Source: an uncultured bacterium (GTDB taxonomy: Bacteria; Verrucomicrobiota; Kiritimatiellia; RFP12; UBA1067). Taken from it: a DNA stretch of 64,000 bases. This document shows positions 34,668-44,188 of this stretch, one piece after another. The notes beneath the pieces are model-generated. The model had not been told where the DNA came from, searched no databases, and worked only from the letters and a program-made list of their open reading frames with translations. Position 1 is the first letter of the stretch. Each line of letters starts with the position of its first letter. The stretch is taken from NCBI GenBank assembly GCA_902770045.1, contig CACXRO010000008.1:1412-65411 (forward strand). The letters are read 5' to 3'. Both the position numbers and the translations under genes were made by a program.

Positions 34668-36650
34668 TCACTTCGCCCCGGCGGACGCGGGCAGAATCTC
34701 GCAAAGATGCACGTCGCACGGCGCTCCCGAGGAAAACGACGGCATCTTGAGCGTCTTCACCAGCCGGAGCTGCACCTCGTCCGCGTGCTCGCGGTAGTGC
34801 TGGAGGTTGTACGCGTGCTGGGTGTCGACGAGCGCGAAGAGCTTCGCGCCCGGATCCGCCTTGCGAACCGCCCTTACCACCGGCATCGGATCGCTGTTCG
34901 CCGGGAAGGTGGTCGCCGTGCGGATCGGCAGCGACATCAGCATCTGGTTGGAACGCTCGCCGACGACCACCGCGTTCTCCGGCACCAGCGCGGCAATTTC
35001 CTTCGCCGCCTGGGCGTGGAGGCGCGTCCCCGGACGCAGCAGCTCCGCCGCCGCCGCGCGCCAGCCCGGCACCGCGAGATACGCCGCCGCGAACATGAGA
35101 CCGGCACCGACCGCCACCGCGCCGCGCCGCACGACAGCGCGCCGCGGACCGAAGACTGCCAGCAGCGCCAGCGCCGAGACCACGGTCGAGACGGCAAGCG
35201 GCGCGAAATAGTTCCCCGCCGCCTTCTTCATGTACGGCGCGAGCTGCGCCGCCGGCCAGGCCGCGAACGCCACCGACCCCGCAACCGCCGCGGCGAACGC
35301 CCACGCCGCCGCCTTGACGGGCGTCGTGCCGCGTCCGTTCGCGAACGCCAGCACCGCCGTCAGCGCCAACGAAAACACGGCGACCACCGGCCAGGTCATC
35401 CCCCAGACGTTCTTCGCCGGCAGGTTGTACACCCGCGAATAGAACTGCTGCACGACCACAGGCGCGACGGACTGCATGGCGACGACCACCAGTCCCGCGG
35501 CGCAGAGCACCGCCACCGCGAACGGCATGAAGGCCCGGTCCTTCCAGCCAGGCTCCCGCCAGCCGCCGTCTGGCGCGGCGTCCGCCTCGAACTCCGCCAC
35601 CGCGGCGGACACGACCAGCGGCAGCGCCGCCACCGCCGGCAGGAAGTAGTGGGTGTAGATGGTGTTCATCACCGAAACCGCCGCGACGTAGGCGGGAACG
35701 GCAAGGAACAGGAGGAGATGCCCGTTCCAGCGCCGCAATAGCGCCGTCCTCAGCGCCAGCGCGAGCGGGACCGACAGAATCAGCGGCGCGAGCGGACCCA
35801 GCATCTGGATCGACGGGTCGCGCGGGAAGGACGAGACTCCCTTGAAGTGCGAGGCGAAGTCGAAGATCGGCGGCAGCGGATAGTGGGTGGTGGTGCGCCT
35901 GACGATCTCCCAGACCGAAAACCCGGAGCTTGCGGCCTCGGGCAGCAGCGACGCGGCCACGGCAAGTTTGCACACGAACACGGACGCGAGCGCCGCGGCC
36001 GCGAATACGACAAGCCGCCGCCAGCCTTCGCGAAATGTGCGGTCCTCCAGCGCCCCGGCCGCCGCGATCGGCAGCAGCACCCAGACCGAAGGCTTCACCA
36101 GCGAAATTGCCCCCGCGAGCGCGCCGGCGGCCGCCACCCGCCACCAAGCGCGTCCGGCCGCCAGCACGTACGCCGCCACGGTCAGCGCCGCGATGACAGC
36201 GTCGTTGCTGGCCGTCCGCTCGTATGCGAGCGTCATCGGCGTGAGCGACACCGCCGCGCAGAGCGCGAAGGCGAGTATGGCGCCCGCGCGCCGCGCGACA
36301 TGGCTGAACACGGCGAGCCACCCGCAGAGGAAGATCGCCAGGAACGGCAGCCGCCACGTCCAGGTCGAAAGCCCGAACGCGAGATGCGCCAGGTAGCTCA
36401 GCCAGTGCGTCAGCGCCGAGAAGCCGTAGGTGTACGCCTCGCTGCGCACCGGGTCCCAGAACTGCCCCCATAGAAACCTCTCCTTGCCGCCGTCGAGATA
36501 ATATCCCTCGTCCGTCGCGTTGTAGCCGTATTCCCACATCGACGGGACCCCGGGGTCGCACGCGATCCACGGCAGCCTCGCCGCGAGATAGATCGCCGCA
36601 AAGGCGAAGAAGAGCATCCAGAACCACCTGCGCCTATCGTCGGCTCCCAT
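34668..36650 (-). CDS. polytopic membrane glycosyltransferase, ArnT/PMT (GT39/GT83)-like
   Basis: 660 aa with 12 or more TM helices. N-terminal DEGYY loop motif and a soluble C-terminal domain. Overlaps the flippase stop by 17 nt. Confidence 0.55.
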   Translation of the reverse strand: MGADDRRRWFWMLFFAFAAIYLAARLPWIACDPGVPSMWEYGYNATDEGYYLDGGKERFLWGQFWDPVRSEAYTYGFSALTHWLSYLAHLAFGLSTWTWRLPFLAIFLCGWLAVFSHVARRAGAILAFALCAAVSLTPMTLAYERTASNDAVIAALTVAAYVLAAGRAWWRVAAAGALAGAISLVKPSVWVLLPIAAAGALEDRTFREGWRRLVVFAAAALASVFVCKLAVAASLLPEAASSGFSVWEIVRRTTTHYPLPPIFDFASHFKGVSSFPRDPSIQMLGPLAPLILSVPLALALRTALLRRWNGHLLLFLAVPAYVAAVSVMNTIYTHYFLPAVAALPLVVSAAVAEFEADAAPDGGWREPGWKDRAFMPFAVAVLCAAGLVVVAMQSVAPVVVQQFYSRVYNLPAKNVWGMTWPVVAVFSLALTAVLAFANGRGTTPVKAAAWAFAAAVAGSVAFAAWPAAQLAPYMKKAAGNYFAPLAVSTVVSALALLAVFGPRRAVVRRGAVAVGAGLMFAAAYLAVPGWRAAAAELLRPGTRLHAQAAKEIAALVPENAVVVGERSNQMLMSLPIRTATTFPANSDPMPVVRAVRKADPGAKLFALVDTQHAYNLQHYREHADEVQLRLVKTLKMPSFSSGAPCDVHLCEILPASAGAK

Positions 36651-37851
36651 TTCCCCCTCCTCCGTTGATTCTGCATTCGCACCGCGCGGCCACGTAGTTG
36701 ACCGCCGCCATGAAGATGGTCGAGACCGACTTCGCCGCGCAGAGCCAGCCGAGCCCGAACGGAACCGCCGCGAACACGAGCGCCAGCACGACCGGCTTCT
36801 CCACCGCCTCGAGCTTCAGCACCGTGTCGGTGCGGCCGCGCACGTAGAGGAGGTTCTGGAACAGGCACTGCGCCGGCTCGAACGCCGCGCCAGCGGCGAG
36901 GATGCGCAGGTACGGAACGCAGACGAGCCACTGCTCGCCAAGGACGACCCGGACGACCGGTTCGGCAAAGACCGCAAGCAGCGCAAGCGCCGGCACGAGC
37001 AGCAGAAGCGAAAGCGCAGAAAGCCGCTCGTACGCGCGCAGCAGCTCGCGCGGCGAGTTCTGTCTCTCCGCGAGCAGCGGATAGTTCACGTTGATCATCG
37101 TCTCCTGCACGAACTGCGGACCGATCGCCGTCCAGGACGCCGCGCGCGCAAACGCGCCAGTCGCAGCCGCGCCGAAGAACCTGCCGGTGGCGAAGGTGTA
37201 GACATGGTAGCAGACGGCGTTGACCGCCGACGAGCAGAGATGCCGCCAGCCGAACGAGAAGAACGAGCGGAACGACGAGCGGGAGAACGCGAGGCGCGGA
37301 AGCCAGCGCGTAACGGCGACGAGCAGCGCGAGATTGACGACATGCCAGGCGAGCCCCTGCCACACCAGCGCCCACGCGCCGAAGCCGCGCCACGCGAGCG
37401 CCACGCCGACGGCCGCCGAGACCGCGACGGACGCGAACAGCACCGCCGACTGCGCCGCAAACCTGAGGTTCACCCGCAAGAGCGCCTGCGGCACCGACGC
37501 CATCGCGCCGAAGACGAGCCCGGCCGAGACCACGCGCGTGATCGCCGTAAGTTCCGGCATCCCGAAAAACGCGGCAATCGCCGGCGCCGCGGCGAAGAGG
37601 ACGAGGTAGCACGCGGCCGCCGCCGCGAGCGAAAACCAGAAGACGGTCGAGGCGTCCTCGTCGGTTCGGTCGAGCTTGCGCATGAACGCGAGCGAGAAGC
37701 CGCAGTCGACGAACATCTCGGAGACGGCGATGAACACCGCGAGCACGCCCACGAGTCCGAAGTCGGCCGGCGTGAGGAGCCGCGCGAGGACGATGCCGAT
37801 GGCGAACTGCAGCCCCCTGACCGCGATCTTGCCGGCTGCCGTCCAGGCCAT
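36634..37851 (-). CDS. polysaccharide flippase (Wzx/MOP family)
   Basis: Internal start MAWTAAGKIAVRGLQFAIGIVLARLLTPADFGLVG, a typical Wzx N-terminus, followed by about 12 TM helices. Confidence 0.7.
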   Translation of the reverse strand: MAWTAAGKIAVRGLQFAIGIVLARLLTPADFGLVGVLAVFIAVSEMFVDCGFSLAFMRKLDRTDEDASTVFWFSLAAAAACYLVLFAAAPAIAAFFGMPELTAITRVVSAGLVFGAMASVPQALLRVNLRFAAQSAVLFASVAVSAAVGVALAWRGFGAWALVWQGLAWHVVNLALLVAVTRWLPRLAFSRSSFRSFFSFGWRHLCSSAVNAVCYHVYTFATGRFFGAAATGAFARAASWTAIGPQFVQETMINVNYPLLAERQNSPRELLRAYERLSALSLLLLVPALALLAVFAEPVVRVVLGEQWLVCVPYLRILAAGAAFEPAQCLFQNLLYVRGRTDTVLKLEAVEKPVVLALVFAAVPFGLGWLCAAKSVSTIFMAAVNYVAARCECRINGGGGNGSRR

Positions 37852-37871
37852 GCCGCGGGCGCTCTCGTCCC

Positions 37872-38777
37872 TCAACCCCACCGCGCCCCCTTCGCAAGCA
37901 TGCTGCGGCGGAGCCGAGCGAAGAACGCCGCCCTGAGAATCGAATCGGGGAGCGGCAGGAGGGAGAGGACCGGCTGGAGCAGCGCCGCCGCGGACCACAT
38001 CAGCCTAAGCCGCGCCGTCGGCCAGCGCGGGTCGGCGGCCACGATGCTAGCCGCGGCGGCGAAGCGGTACCAGATGTCGAACTGCGGCAGCCGCCCGCGG
38101 TCGCGTCCGTCGAAGCGCTGGCCGATGCCGATGATGTGCATGACGCAGTCGGGACGGCCCGATCTGAACGCCAGACGGGGACAGTCCCGGATGACGTTCC
38201 ACTTCGCCGGCAGCATTCCGCAGGTGTCGTGGCAAAGGGAGTTGAGGATGTCCTGGTCGACGTACTTGAGCACGCCCTCGCGGGCGGTGAACTCCACCGC
38301 GCGCCCGAGGAAGCGGCTCTCGCGCAGGCGCCTGAGGTTCATAAGCATCACGCCGCTGCAGCCGTACATGAGCGGGTCGAAGCCCGGGTTGATCCGCCGC
38401 TGCCACGCCGCCGCCTCGCGCCGGGTGGAGGGAATGTCCCGCACCCACATCACCTCGCGCGATTCGTCCCGGAGCTCCCAGAGCTCGCAGACGTCGGCGA
38501 ACCAGAGCGCGTCGACGTCGGAGTAGACCACCCAGTCGCAGTCCGGCAGCAGCTCCGGGAGGTAGAGGCGGAGGAACGCCATCGGCGAGCCCTTGTAGGT
38601 GCCGAAGTCGCGGCGGATGCGCTCGGCGAGCGCGGCGTCGGAGCCGAACTCGTGGAACTCGAGGCGCGATGGGTCAGAGCACGCGGCGGCGATGGAGGCG
38701 CGCGCTGCGGCAAGTCCGGGCAGATATCTGCCGTCCGCGACGAGCGCAACGTGTATCCTCTCCGCCGCCATCTTCAT
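37872..38777 (-). CDS. glycosyltransferase family 8
   Basis: IHVALVADGRYLPG, YLRLYLPELLP..VVYSDVDALW (DxD), GVMLMNLRRLR and DQDILN. Confidence 0.75.
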   Translation of the reverse strand: MKMAAERIHVALVADGRYLPGLAAARASIAAACSDPSRLEFHEFGSDAALAERIRRDFGTYKGSPMAFLRLYLPELLPDCDWVVYSDVDALWFADVCELWELRDESREVMWVRDIPSTRREAAAWQRRINPGFDPLMYGCSGVMLMNLRRLRESRFLGRAVEFTAREGVLKYVDQDILNSLCHDTCGMLPAKWNVIRDCPRLAFRSGRPDCVMHIIGIGQRFDGRDRGRLPQFDIWYRFAAAASIVAADPRWPTARLRLMWSAAALLQPVLSLLPLPDSILRAAFFARLRRSMLAKGARWG

Positions 38778-38929
38778 TCAATCACCCCACCTACCATTCC
38801 CATGGCAGGACCATCCGCACGCGCGACGCTTTTCCATAATGGCCACGACAAATTCACACTCCGTGTCGCCGCATACGCGACGACTGTAATCGGCTGCGAT
38901 GGCACGAAGATCCGTTTCATACACCGCAT

Positions 38930-38938
38930 AGTATACCA
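38930..38938 (-). promoter_or_regulatory. extended -10 promoter (TGGTATACT) for GT8-Wzx-ArnT-like operon
   Basis: The reverse complement of agtatacca gives ATTA-TGGTATACT, about 150 nt upstream of the ATG at 38777. Confidence 0.4.
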
Positions 38939-38989
38939 TAATCCGCAGGGCTTGAGGCATTGTAGGCGCCGCGGAGAGTCTGACGATGA

Positions 38990-39121
38990 TTAGATCAGGT
39001 GGATGGCCGTGCCCGGGGCGCGCTGCGTCTCCACCTTTCCGTAGGAGAGGAAGCCCGCATCGGTCTGCGTCTTATAGTCCGCCTGGGCATGGGCTTCCGA
39101 AGTCGCGCCGTTGCGGATGCG
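38990..39121 (-). pseudogene. orphan 3'-terminal fragment of a P1-like LamG gene
   Basis: Aligns to 26751-26882. The fragment reads IRNGATSEAHAQADYKTQTDAGFLSYGKVETQRAPGTAIHLI-stop; P1 reads IRNGATSEAHAQADYKTQTDAAFLAYGPVETQRLAGSVYFIR-stop. There is no upstream coding continuation. Confidence 0.8.
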
Positions 39122-39190
39122 AAGCTCGGCGTCTCCAACCGCACCGAAGCCGTCGCCGTCGCTCTCCGCAAGCAGCTCCTGAAGATCTGA
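39119..39190 (+). pseudogene. orphan 3'-terminal fragment of the LuxR response-regulator gene
   Basis: These 72 nt match 34575-34646 with 2 mismatches and encode AKLGVSNRTEAVAVALRKQLLKI-stop. They join directly to the LamG fragment at a shared GCG. Confidence 0.85.
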
Positions 39191-39212
39191 CTTCTCGCCC
39201 TGGCGCCGGGCA

Positions 39213-40319
39213 TCAGACCTTGATGAAGGCGTTCTTGCGGTAGAGGAAGTAGAGGATGAGCCAGCCGACGAGGAAGGTGGTGGCTCCCCACGCCAGCATC
39301 GACCAGGCGCCGGACCATTCGCAGAGCCCGCTGAAGCAGTACTTCCGGAGGGCGCCGACGACGCCGGTCATGCCCAGCATGTAGATTGCGATCGAGTTCA
39401 TGCCGACCACGCGGAGCGGGAAAGTCCACTTCCGCCAGCCCTTCACGTCGACGATCCAGTAGAAGGCCGCCAGCATCGCCAGCGAATACGCCGCCGTCGC
39501 CAGCACGAAGGAACTCGTCCACAGGCGCTTGACGACGGGCATCCCGAGGACATAGACGAAGAACAGCGCCGCGGCGAGCGCTGCCAGCGCCGCGCCAAAC
39601 AGCACCGCCGCCTTCCGCGCGCCCGGGAGCGACTGCGAGCGGAGCAGGTCGCCGGACATCACGCCTGCGAGCGCCAGCGCCGTCGCCGCCGGCACCGAGA
39701 AGACCGACTCGGGGTCGTAGAGCTTCTCCAGGATGTGGTTCGGCATCAGCGTGCGGTCAAGCCACGAGACGAGGTTGAACTCCATCGAGTAGGTGTCGGC
39801 GCCGGCCTGCGCGCCGGGCGCGGCGAAGAAGTTCAGCACCGCCCAGTAGCCGATCAGGATCGCCGCGGCGACGGCGCCGCGGACCAGGTTCCTCTTCACG
39901 TGCATCGAGATCAGCGCCGCCGCGCCCCAGGCAAGGCCGATCTGGCCGAGGACGCTCGGGATGCGGAAAGTCGGCTTGAACGCGAGGATGCCGCCGCTGG
40001 ACAGCCCCAGGAGAAACAGCACCAGCACCCGCACCAGCACCTTGCGGTGGATCTGCCACGGCGTCCGCCCGCGCGCCTCCTGCGAGGCGAGGGAGAACGG
40101 CCACGACACCCCCGCCAGAAAGAGAAACAGCGGAAAGATCGTGTCGTGGTGGGCGAGCCCCGCCCACGGCACATGGCGCATCTGCTGGACGAGCCAGCAC
40201 GAGTCGTCGCAGCCGAGCCCCAGGCACAGCCCGGAGACGATTGCCGCGCCTCCGGTGATGAAAAACATGTCGAAGCCCCGCAAGGCGTCGAGCGACATCA
40301 ACCGATCCTTTTTCTCCAT
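39213..40319 (-). CDS. membrane acyltransferase-like protein (DUF5009 / HGSNAT-like)
   Basis: Internal start MEKKDRLMSLDALRGFDMFFITG, about 10 TM helices. SD GGGAAGGCAAGGA. Confidence 0.55.
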   Translation of the reverse strand: MEKKDRLMSLDALRGFDMFFITGGAAIVSGLCLGLGCDDSCWLVQQMRHVPWAGLAHHDTIFPLFLFLAGVSWPFSLASQEARGRTPWQIHRKVLVRVLVLFLLGLSSGGILAFKPTFRIPSVLGQIGLAWGAAALISMHVKRNLVRGAVAAAILIGYWAVLNFFAAPGAQAGADTYSMEFNLVSWLDRTLMPNHILEKLYDPESVFSVPAATALALAGVMSGDLLRSQSLPGARKAAVLFGAALAALAAALFFVYVLGMPVVKRLWTSSFVLATAAYSLAMLAAFYWIVDVKGWRKWTFPLRVVGMNSIAIYMLGMTGVVGALRKYCFSGLCEWSGAWSMLAWGATTFLVGWLILYFLYRKNAFIKV

Positions 40320-40354
40320 GTCCTTGCCTTCCCTTTCAGTTCCCGCCAGCCGCG

Positions 40355-41257
40355 TCACTTCGCCTTGCCCTGGCGCGCGCAGAGCCGCAGGAACGCGACT
40401 GCCGCGGCGACAAGCGGGTGGCGCACGGAGAGCGGAAACGCCGCGAGCGCCTCTTTGACGCTCGCATCCGCGATGTACTCGCGCCAGCGGTGCCGCGCCT
40501 TCAGGAGCTCCAGCGCGGAAAAGACGCAGCTCGCCTCGCAGTAACGCCAGAGCGAGCCGCCGCAGCGCTCGTCGAGCCGGCGTCGGAAGTCGAGCGCGAG
40601 GAACTTGTAGTCCCAGTTGCGTTCGCCGCGCCAGCCGGTGGCGAGATTGCCGTCCGGCCGCGGACGGTAGACGTAGAGCCGGTCGGGAATCGACACCGCC
40701 TTCTCCGCGAACGCCGCGCACGCGGAAAGAAACGCGGCATCCTCGAAGAAGGTCATCCGCTCGTCGAACCTGAGCGCGTGGCGCTCGAGGAACGACCGCC
40801 TGAAGGCGCAGCGCCAGACCTGTCCCGGCTGCTTGCGCGCGGCAAGCTCGCCGCCGCGGTTCCAGCGCCGCACGTCGTCCATCGAATAGCCGAAGAAGGC
40901 GGGCAGGTAGCGCGCGCGCACCGCGTCGGCGCCGTCGTCGAGCGCGGCGGGGAAGTCCGGCCCGCCCTCGTAGCCGAAGAAGCAGAGGTCGGCGCCGCTT
41001 TCCGCGAGCGCGGCAACTGGGCGCGAGAGGAAGTCAGGCCGCGCCAGGTCGTCGGCGTCGCAGAAGAACACGTATTCGCCGCGCGCGCGGTCGAGGCCGC
41101 GGTTGCGCGCCCAGGAAGGCCCGTGGCCGTCCGGGTCGTCGACGACGACAATCTCCGACTCGCCGGAAAAGGCGGCACGGGCCGCCTCCACCGAGCGAAG
41201 CGTCTCCGGCAGCGTCGCTTCGGCGCGGTGCGCGGGGATGATTACGCTCGCATCCAT
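40355..41257 (-). CDS. glycosyltransferase family 2
   Basis: Internal start MDASVIIPAH. Motifs EIVVVDDPDGHG and YVFFCDADD (DxD). The track ORF 40355..44167 is a spurious extension. Confidence 0.75.
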   Translation of the reverse strand: MDASVIIPAHRAEATLPETLRSVEAARAAFSGESEIVVVDDPDGHGPSWARNRGLDRARGEYVFFCDADDLARPDFLSRPVAALAESGADLCFFGYEGGPDFPAALDDGADAVRARYLPAFFGYSMDDVRRWNRGGELAARKQPGQVWRCAFRRSFLERHALRFDERMTFFEDAAFLSACAAFAEKAVSIPDRLYVYRPRPDGNLATGWRGERNWDYKFLALDFRRRLDERCGGSLWRYCEASCVFSALELLKARHRWREYIADASVKEALAAFPLSVRHPLVAAAVAFLRLCARQGKAK

Positions 41258-41283
41258 GCTCGCCCTTCCGCCCTGCCGCGCGC

Positions 41284-43059
41284 TCACGCGCGCTTGCGCA
41301 CCTTGGCGATGATCTTCGACGCCCCGAGGTTCTTCATGCCCAGGAGGAGCATTATCCTGCCGAGCGGATGCCTGGACTCCGCCCGCGTCTCCACGATCTC
41401 GATCCCCTCCTTGTCGCAGAGCGCCTGGAAGTCCTTGAGCGTGATGAGGTGGATGTTGGGGGTGTCGTACCACTCGAACGGCAGCTGCTTGGAGACGGGA
41501 AGCCGCCCCTTGAACATCAGCGTCAGCCGGATCCGGTAGGCCGCGAAGTTGGGGAAGGTGACAATCGCCTCGTCGGCGATGCGCAGCGCCTCGTGCAGCA
41601 GCCCGCGCGGATTGCGCACCTCCTGGAGCGTGTCGGAGACGATGGCGGTAGAGTAGTGGCGGTCCGGGATCATGTCGATGCCGTCGTCGTCCACGTCGTC
41701 GTACAGCACGTTGTGGCCGTCGGCGAGCGCCTCCTCGAACTTCTCCACCTCGATCTCCACGCCATCGCCCTTTACGTTGCGGGTCTTGCGCAGCACGTTG
41801 AGGAGCGAGCCGTCGCCGCAGCCGATGTCCAGGACGCGCGCGCCGCGCGGAACCATCCGGACGATGTTCGCGTAGAGCCGCTCCTGCCACTTCATCACCT
41901 TCACCTCGCGGGAAGAGAGGAAGCCGCCCACGAGCTTGGAGAGCTCGTCGATGTGGGTGAGGAAGGCGTCGTGGCCGATGCCGTAGTCGAGATGGCAGTA
42001 GGAGACGTCCTTGCCCGCCTTCATCAGCGAGGCCACCATCTCGCGGCTCTGCCACTCGGTGAAGAGCACGTCGCCGCCGTAGGAGACCACGAGGCACTTC
42101 GCCTTCACGCGGGCGAAGGCGGCGTCGAGCGAGCCGTAGGCCTTGGCCGGGTCGGCCTCGTCCATGGAGCCGACGATGTGCAGGTAGCTGTTGGCGTCGA
42201 AGCGGTCGACGAACTTCTTCGCCTGGTAGTCGAGGTAGCTCTCGATCTGGAAATACGTCTTGAACAGGCGGTCGCGCTCGGCGCGGTCCGCCGCGGGCGC
42301 GTTGACGAAGTTCTCCTGCAGGCGGCGGTCGAACTTGCCCTGCAGGTGCTCGCGCGAGAGGTAGGAGATGTGGGCGAGCTGGCGCGCGGAGGCAAGGCCG
42401 TTCTTCGGCCCCTTGCCGTCGCCGTCGAGGTAGTAGTCGCCGTTCTTCCAGAGCGGGTTCTCGGTGATGGCGTTCTTGCCCATCACGTCGAAGGCGAGCG
42501 CCTGGGTGTTGAGCGAGGGCGAGGTGGCGACGAGGATCAGCCGGTCCATGTCGTCCGGGAAGCGCGTCGCCCAGTTGACGGCCTGCATGCCGCCGTAGCT
42601 GCCGCCGATGAGCGCGGCGAGGCGCTTCACGCCGATCTGGGCGAGGAGCATGCGGAAGACGTCCACCGCGTCGTCGAAGCTGTAGCGCGGGAAGGAGGAG
42701 CCGTAGGGGCGGCCGGTGTCGGGATTGATGGACATCGGACCGGTGGTGCCGCTGCAGCCGCCGAGCACGTTGGCGCAGACGACGTGGTAGCGGTTGGTGT
42801 CGATTGCGCGGCCGGGGCCGACCATCCCCTCCCACCAGCCGCTGGGCTTGGTCTCGCCGGGTCGGATGCCGGCGACGTGCGCGTCGCCGGTGAGCGCGTG
42901 GCAGATGTAGACGACGTTGTCGTCCTTCATCGGCGCACCGCACTCCTCGTAGGCGACCTCGACCTCCTTCAGCACGCCGCCATAGGCGAGCCTGAGCTCC
43001 CCCTCGGGCAGCTCCAGCTTCAGCCTCTTCGGCTCGACTATGCCTACGCCTGTGTCCAT
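41284..43059 (-). CDS. metX: homoserine O-acetyltransferase fused to MetW
   Basis: MetX: ICHALTGDAHVAG and GGSYGGMQA (nucleophile elbow). C-terminal MetW-like methyltransferase fold: RVLDIGCGDGSLL and NIHLITLKDF. Confidence 0.8.
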   Translation of the reverse strand: MDTGVGIVEPKRLKLELPEGELRLAYGGVLKEVEVAYEECGAPMKDDNVVYICHALTGDAHVAGIRPGETKPSGWWEGMVGPGRAIDTNRYHVVCANVLGGCSGTTGPMSINPDTGRPYGSSFPRYSFDDAVDVFRMLLAQIGVKRLAALIGGSYGGMQAVNWATRFPDDMDRLILVATSPSLNTQALAFDVMGKNAITENPLWKNGDYYLDGDGKGPKNGLASARQLAHISYLSREHLQGKFDRRLQENFVNAPAADRAERDRLFKTYFQIESYLDYQAKKFVDRFDANSYLHIVGSMDEADPAKAYGSLDAAFARVKAKCLVVSYGGDVLFTEWQSREMVASLMKAGKDVSYCHLDYGIGHDAFLTHIDELSKLVGGFLSSREVKVMKWQERLYANIVRMVPRGARVLDIGCGDGSLLNVLRKTRNVKGDGVEIEVEKFEEALADGHNVLYDDVDDDGIDMIPDRHYSTAIVSDTLQEVRNPRGLLHEALRIADEAIVTFPNFAAYRIRLTLMFKGRLPVSKQLPFEWYDTPNIHLITLKDFQALCDKEGIEIVETRAESRHPLGRIMLLLGMKNLGASKIIAKVRKRA

Positions 43060-43067
43060 TGGCGCGT

Positions 43068-43076
43068 ATTATAGCA
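43068..43076 (-). promoter_or_regulatory. extended -10 promoter (TGCTATAAT), leaderless configuration
   Basis: TATAAT-ACGCGCCA-ATG, an 8-nt spacer to the ATG at 43059. Confidence 0.55.
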
Positions 43077-43094
43077 TAAACCGGCGCCGAATTA

Positions 43095-43103
43095 TGGTAT
43101 AAT
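43095..43103 (+). promoter_or_regulatory. extended -10 promoter (TGGTATAAT) for hydE-mnmA
   Basis: Back-to-back with the metX promoter, 18 nt apart across CCGGCGCCG, and 29 nt before the ATG at 43133. Confidence 0.5.
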
Positions 43104-43132
43104 TCACGCCCAAGACGCAGAAGACGCAAAAG

Positions 43133-44188
43133 ATGACGACGAAGAAGACGGCCGCCGCCGACCACGCATCGCTGGTCCGGATGCTCCGCGACGAGGATTT
43201 CGCCTCGCTCGCGGCGCGCGCCTACGCGCTCAAGACCGAGGTTTGGGGGAAGCGCGTCGCCCTGCGCGGACTCGTCGAAGTCTCCAACGTCTGCGCCCGG
43301 AACTGCCTCTACTGCGGCATCCGCCGCGGCAACGCCAAGACGGCGCGCTACCGGATGGACGAGGACGAAATCCTCGCCGCCGTCGCCTGGGCCGCCGAGA
43401 ACCGCTACGGCAGCGTCGTGCTGCAGTCCGGCGAGACGGACGACGAGCCCAGCGCGCTCTTCTTCGAGCGCGTCCTCCGGCACATCCGCGCCGAACTCGG
43501 CGACGGCCTCGGCATCACCCTCTCGCTCGGCGAACGGCACCGCGACGTCTACCGCCGCTGGCTCGACGCCGGCGCCAACCGATACCTGCTCAGGATCGAG
43601 ACTTCCGACCCGGAGCTGTTCGCGCGCATCCACCCGGCGGAGCAGTCCTGGCGCACGCGCCTCGAATGCCTGCGCACGCTCCGGGACCTCGGCTACGTCG
43701 TCGGCTCCGGGGTGATGATCGGCCTGCCGGGGCAGGACGTCGACTCGCTCGCGCGCGACATCGAGTTCCTCCGCGACGAAGGCGTAGACATGGTGGGGAT
43801 GGGGCCGTACATCGCCCATCCCGACACCCCGCTCGCCGCCTATGCGCCGCGCCTCGAGCGCGAGCAGCTCCTCGACCTCTCGCTGCGCATGATCGCCGCG
43901 GTCCGCCTCGCCATCCCCGACGCCAACATCGCCGCCACCACCGCGCTGCAGGCAATCGACCCCGAGGGGCGCGAAAAGGGACTCCTCGCCGGCGCGAACG
44001 TCGTCATGCCGAACATCACCCCGCGGAAATACCGCGGCGACTACCTGCTCTACCCCGGCAAGCCCTGCACCGAAGAGGACTCCGAGCTCTGCCGCGGCTG
44101 CCTCGAGCGGCGCGTAAAGTCGATCGGCGAGGAGATCGCCTGGGGCGAGCGGTGCGACCCCGTCCACTTCGAGAGGAGGACGCGGTGA
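43133..44188 (+). CDS. hydE: [FeFe]-hydrogenase maturase HydE (radical SAM)
   Basis: Close match to the remembered T. maritima HydE along its length: VSNVCARNCLYCGIRRGN..RYRM, LQSGE, TLSLGE, AGANRYLLRIET, GSGVMIGLPGQ, MVGMGPYIAHPDTPLA, ATTALQ and GANVVMPNITP..YR..Y.LYPGK. Confidence 0.8.
   Translation: MTTKKTAAADHASLVRMLRDEDFASLAARAYALKTEVWGKRVALRGLVEVSNVCARNCLYCGIRRGNAKTARYRMDEDEILAAVAWAAENRYGSVVLQSGETDDEPSALFFERVLRHIRAELGDGLGITLSLGERHRDVYRRWLDAGANRYLLRIETSDPELFARIHPAEQSWRTRLECLRTLRDLGYVVGSGVMIGLPGQDVDSLARDIEFLRDEGVDMVGMGPYIAHPDTPLAAYAPRLEREQLLDLSLRMIAAVRLAIPDANIAATTALQAIDPEGREKGLLAGANVVMPNITPRKYRGDYLLYPGKPCTEEDSELCRGCLERRVKSIGEEIAWGERCDPVHFERRTR

Noticed and set aside
34561-36627. 688-aa minus-strand ORF overlapping the ArnT-like gene, and 36410..37897
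   Set aside because: They are alternate frames of polytopic membrane-protein genes. They are Arg/Gly/Ala-rich with no TM pattern, whereas the chosen frames give regular hydrophobic helices.
38778-38960. 60-aa ORF (MPQALRIMVYY...) in the GT8 upstream region
   Set aside because: It starts upstream of the only promoter-like element (38930-38938), has no SD and an unremarkable composition. It is more likely 5'-UTR sequence.
41258-44167. Upstream 970 aa of the 1270-aa ORF 40355..44167; also 41368..43074 (+)
   Set aside because: They run through metX-metW and antisense to hydE with low-complexity composition. The GT2 domain starts at MDASVIIPAH (41257), which has its own SD.
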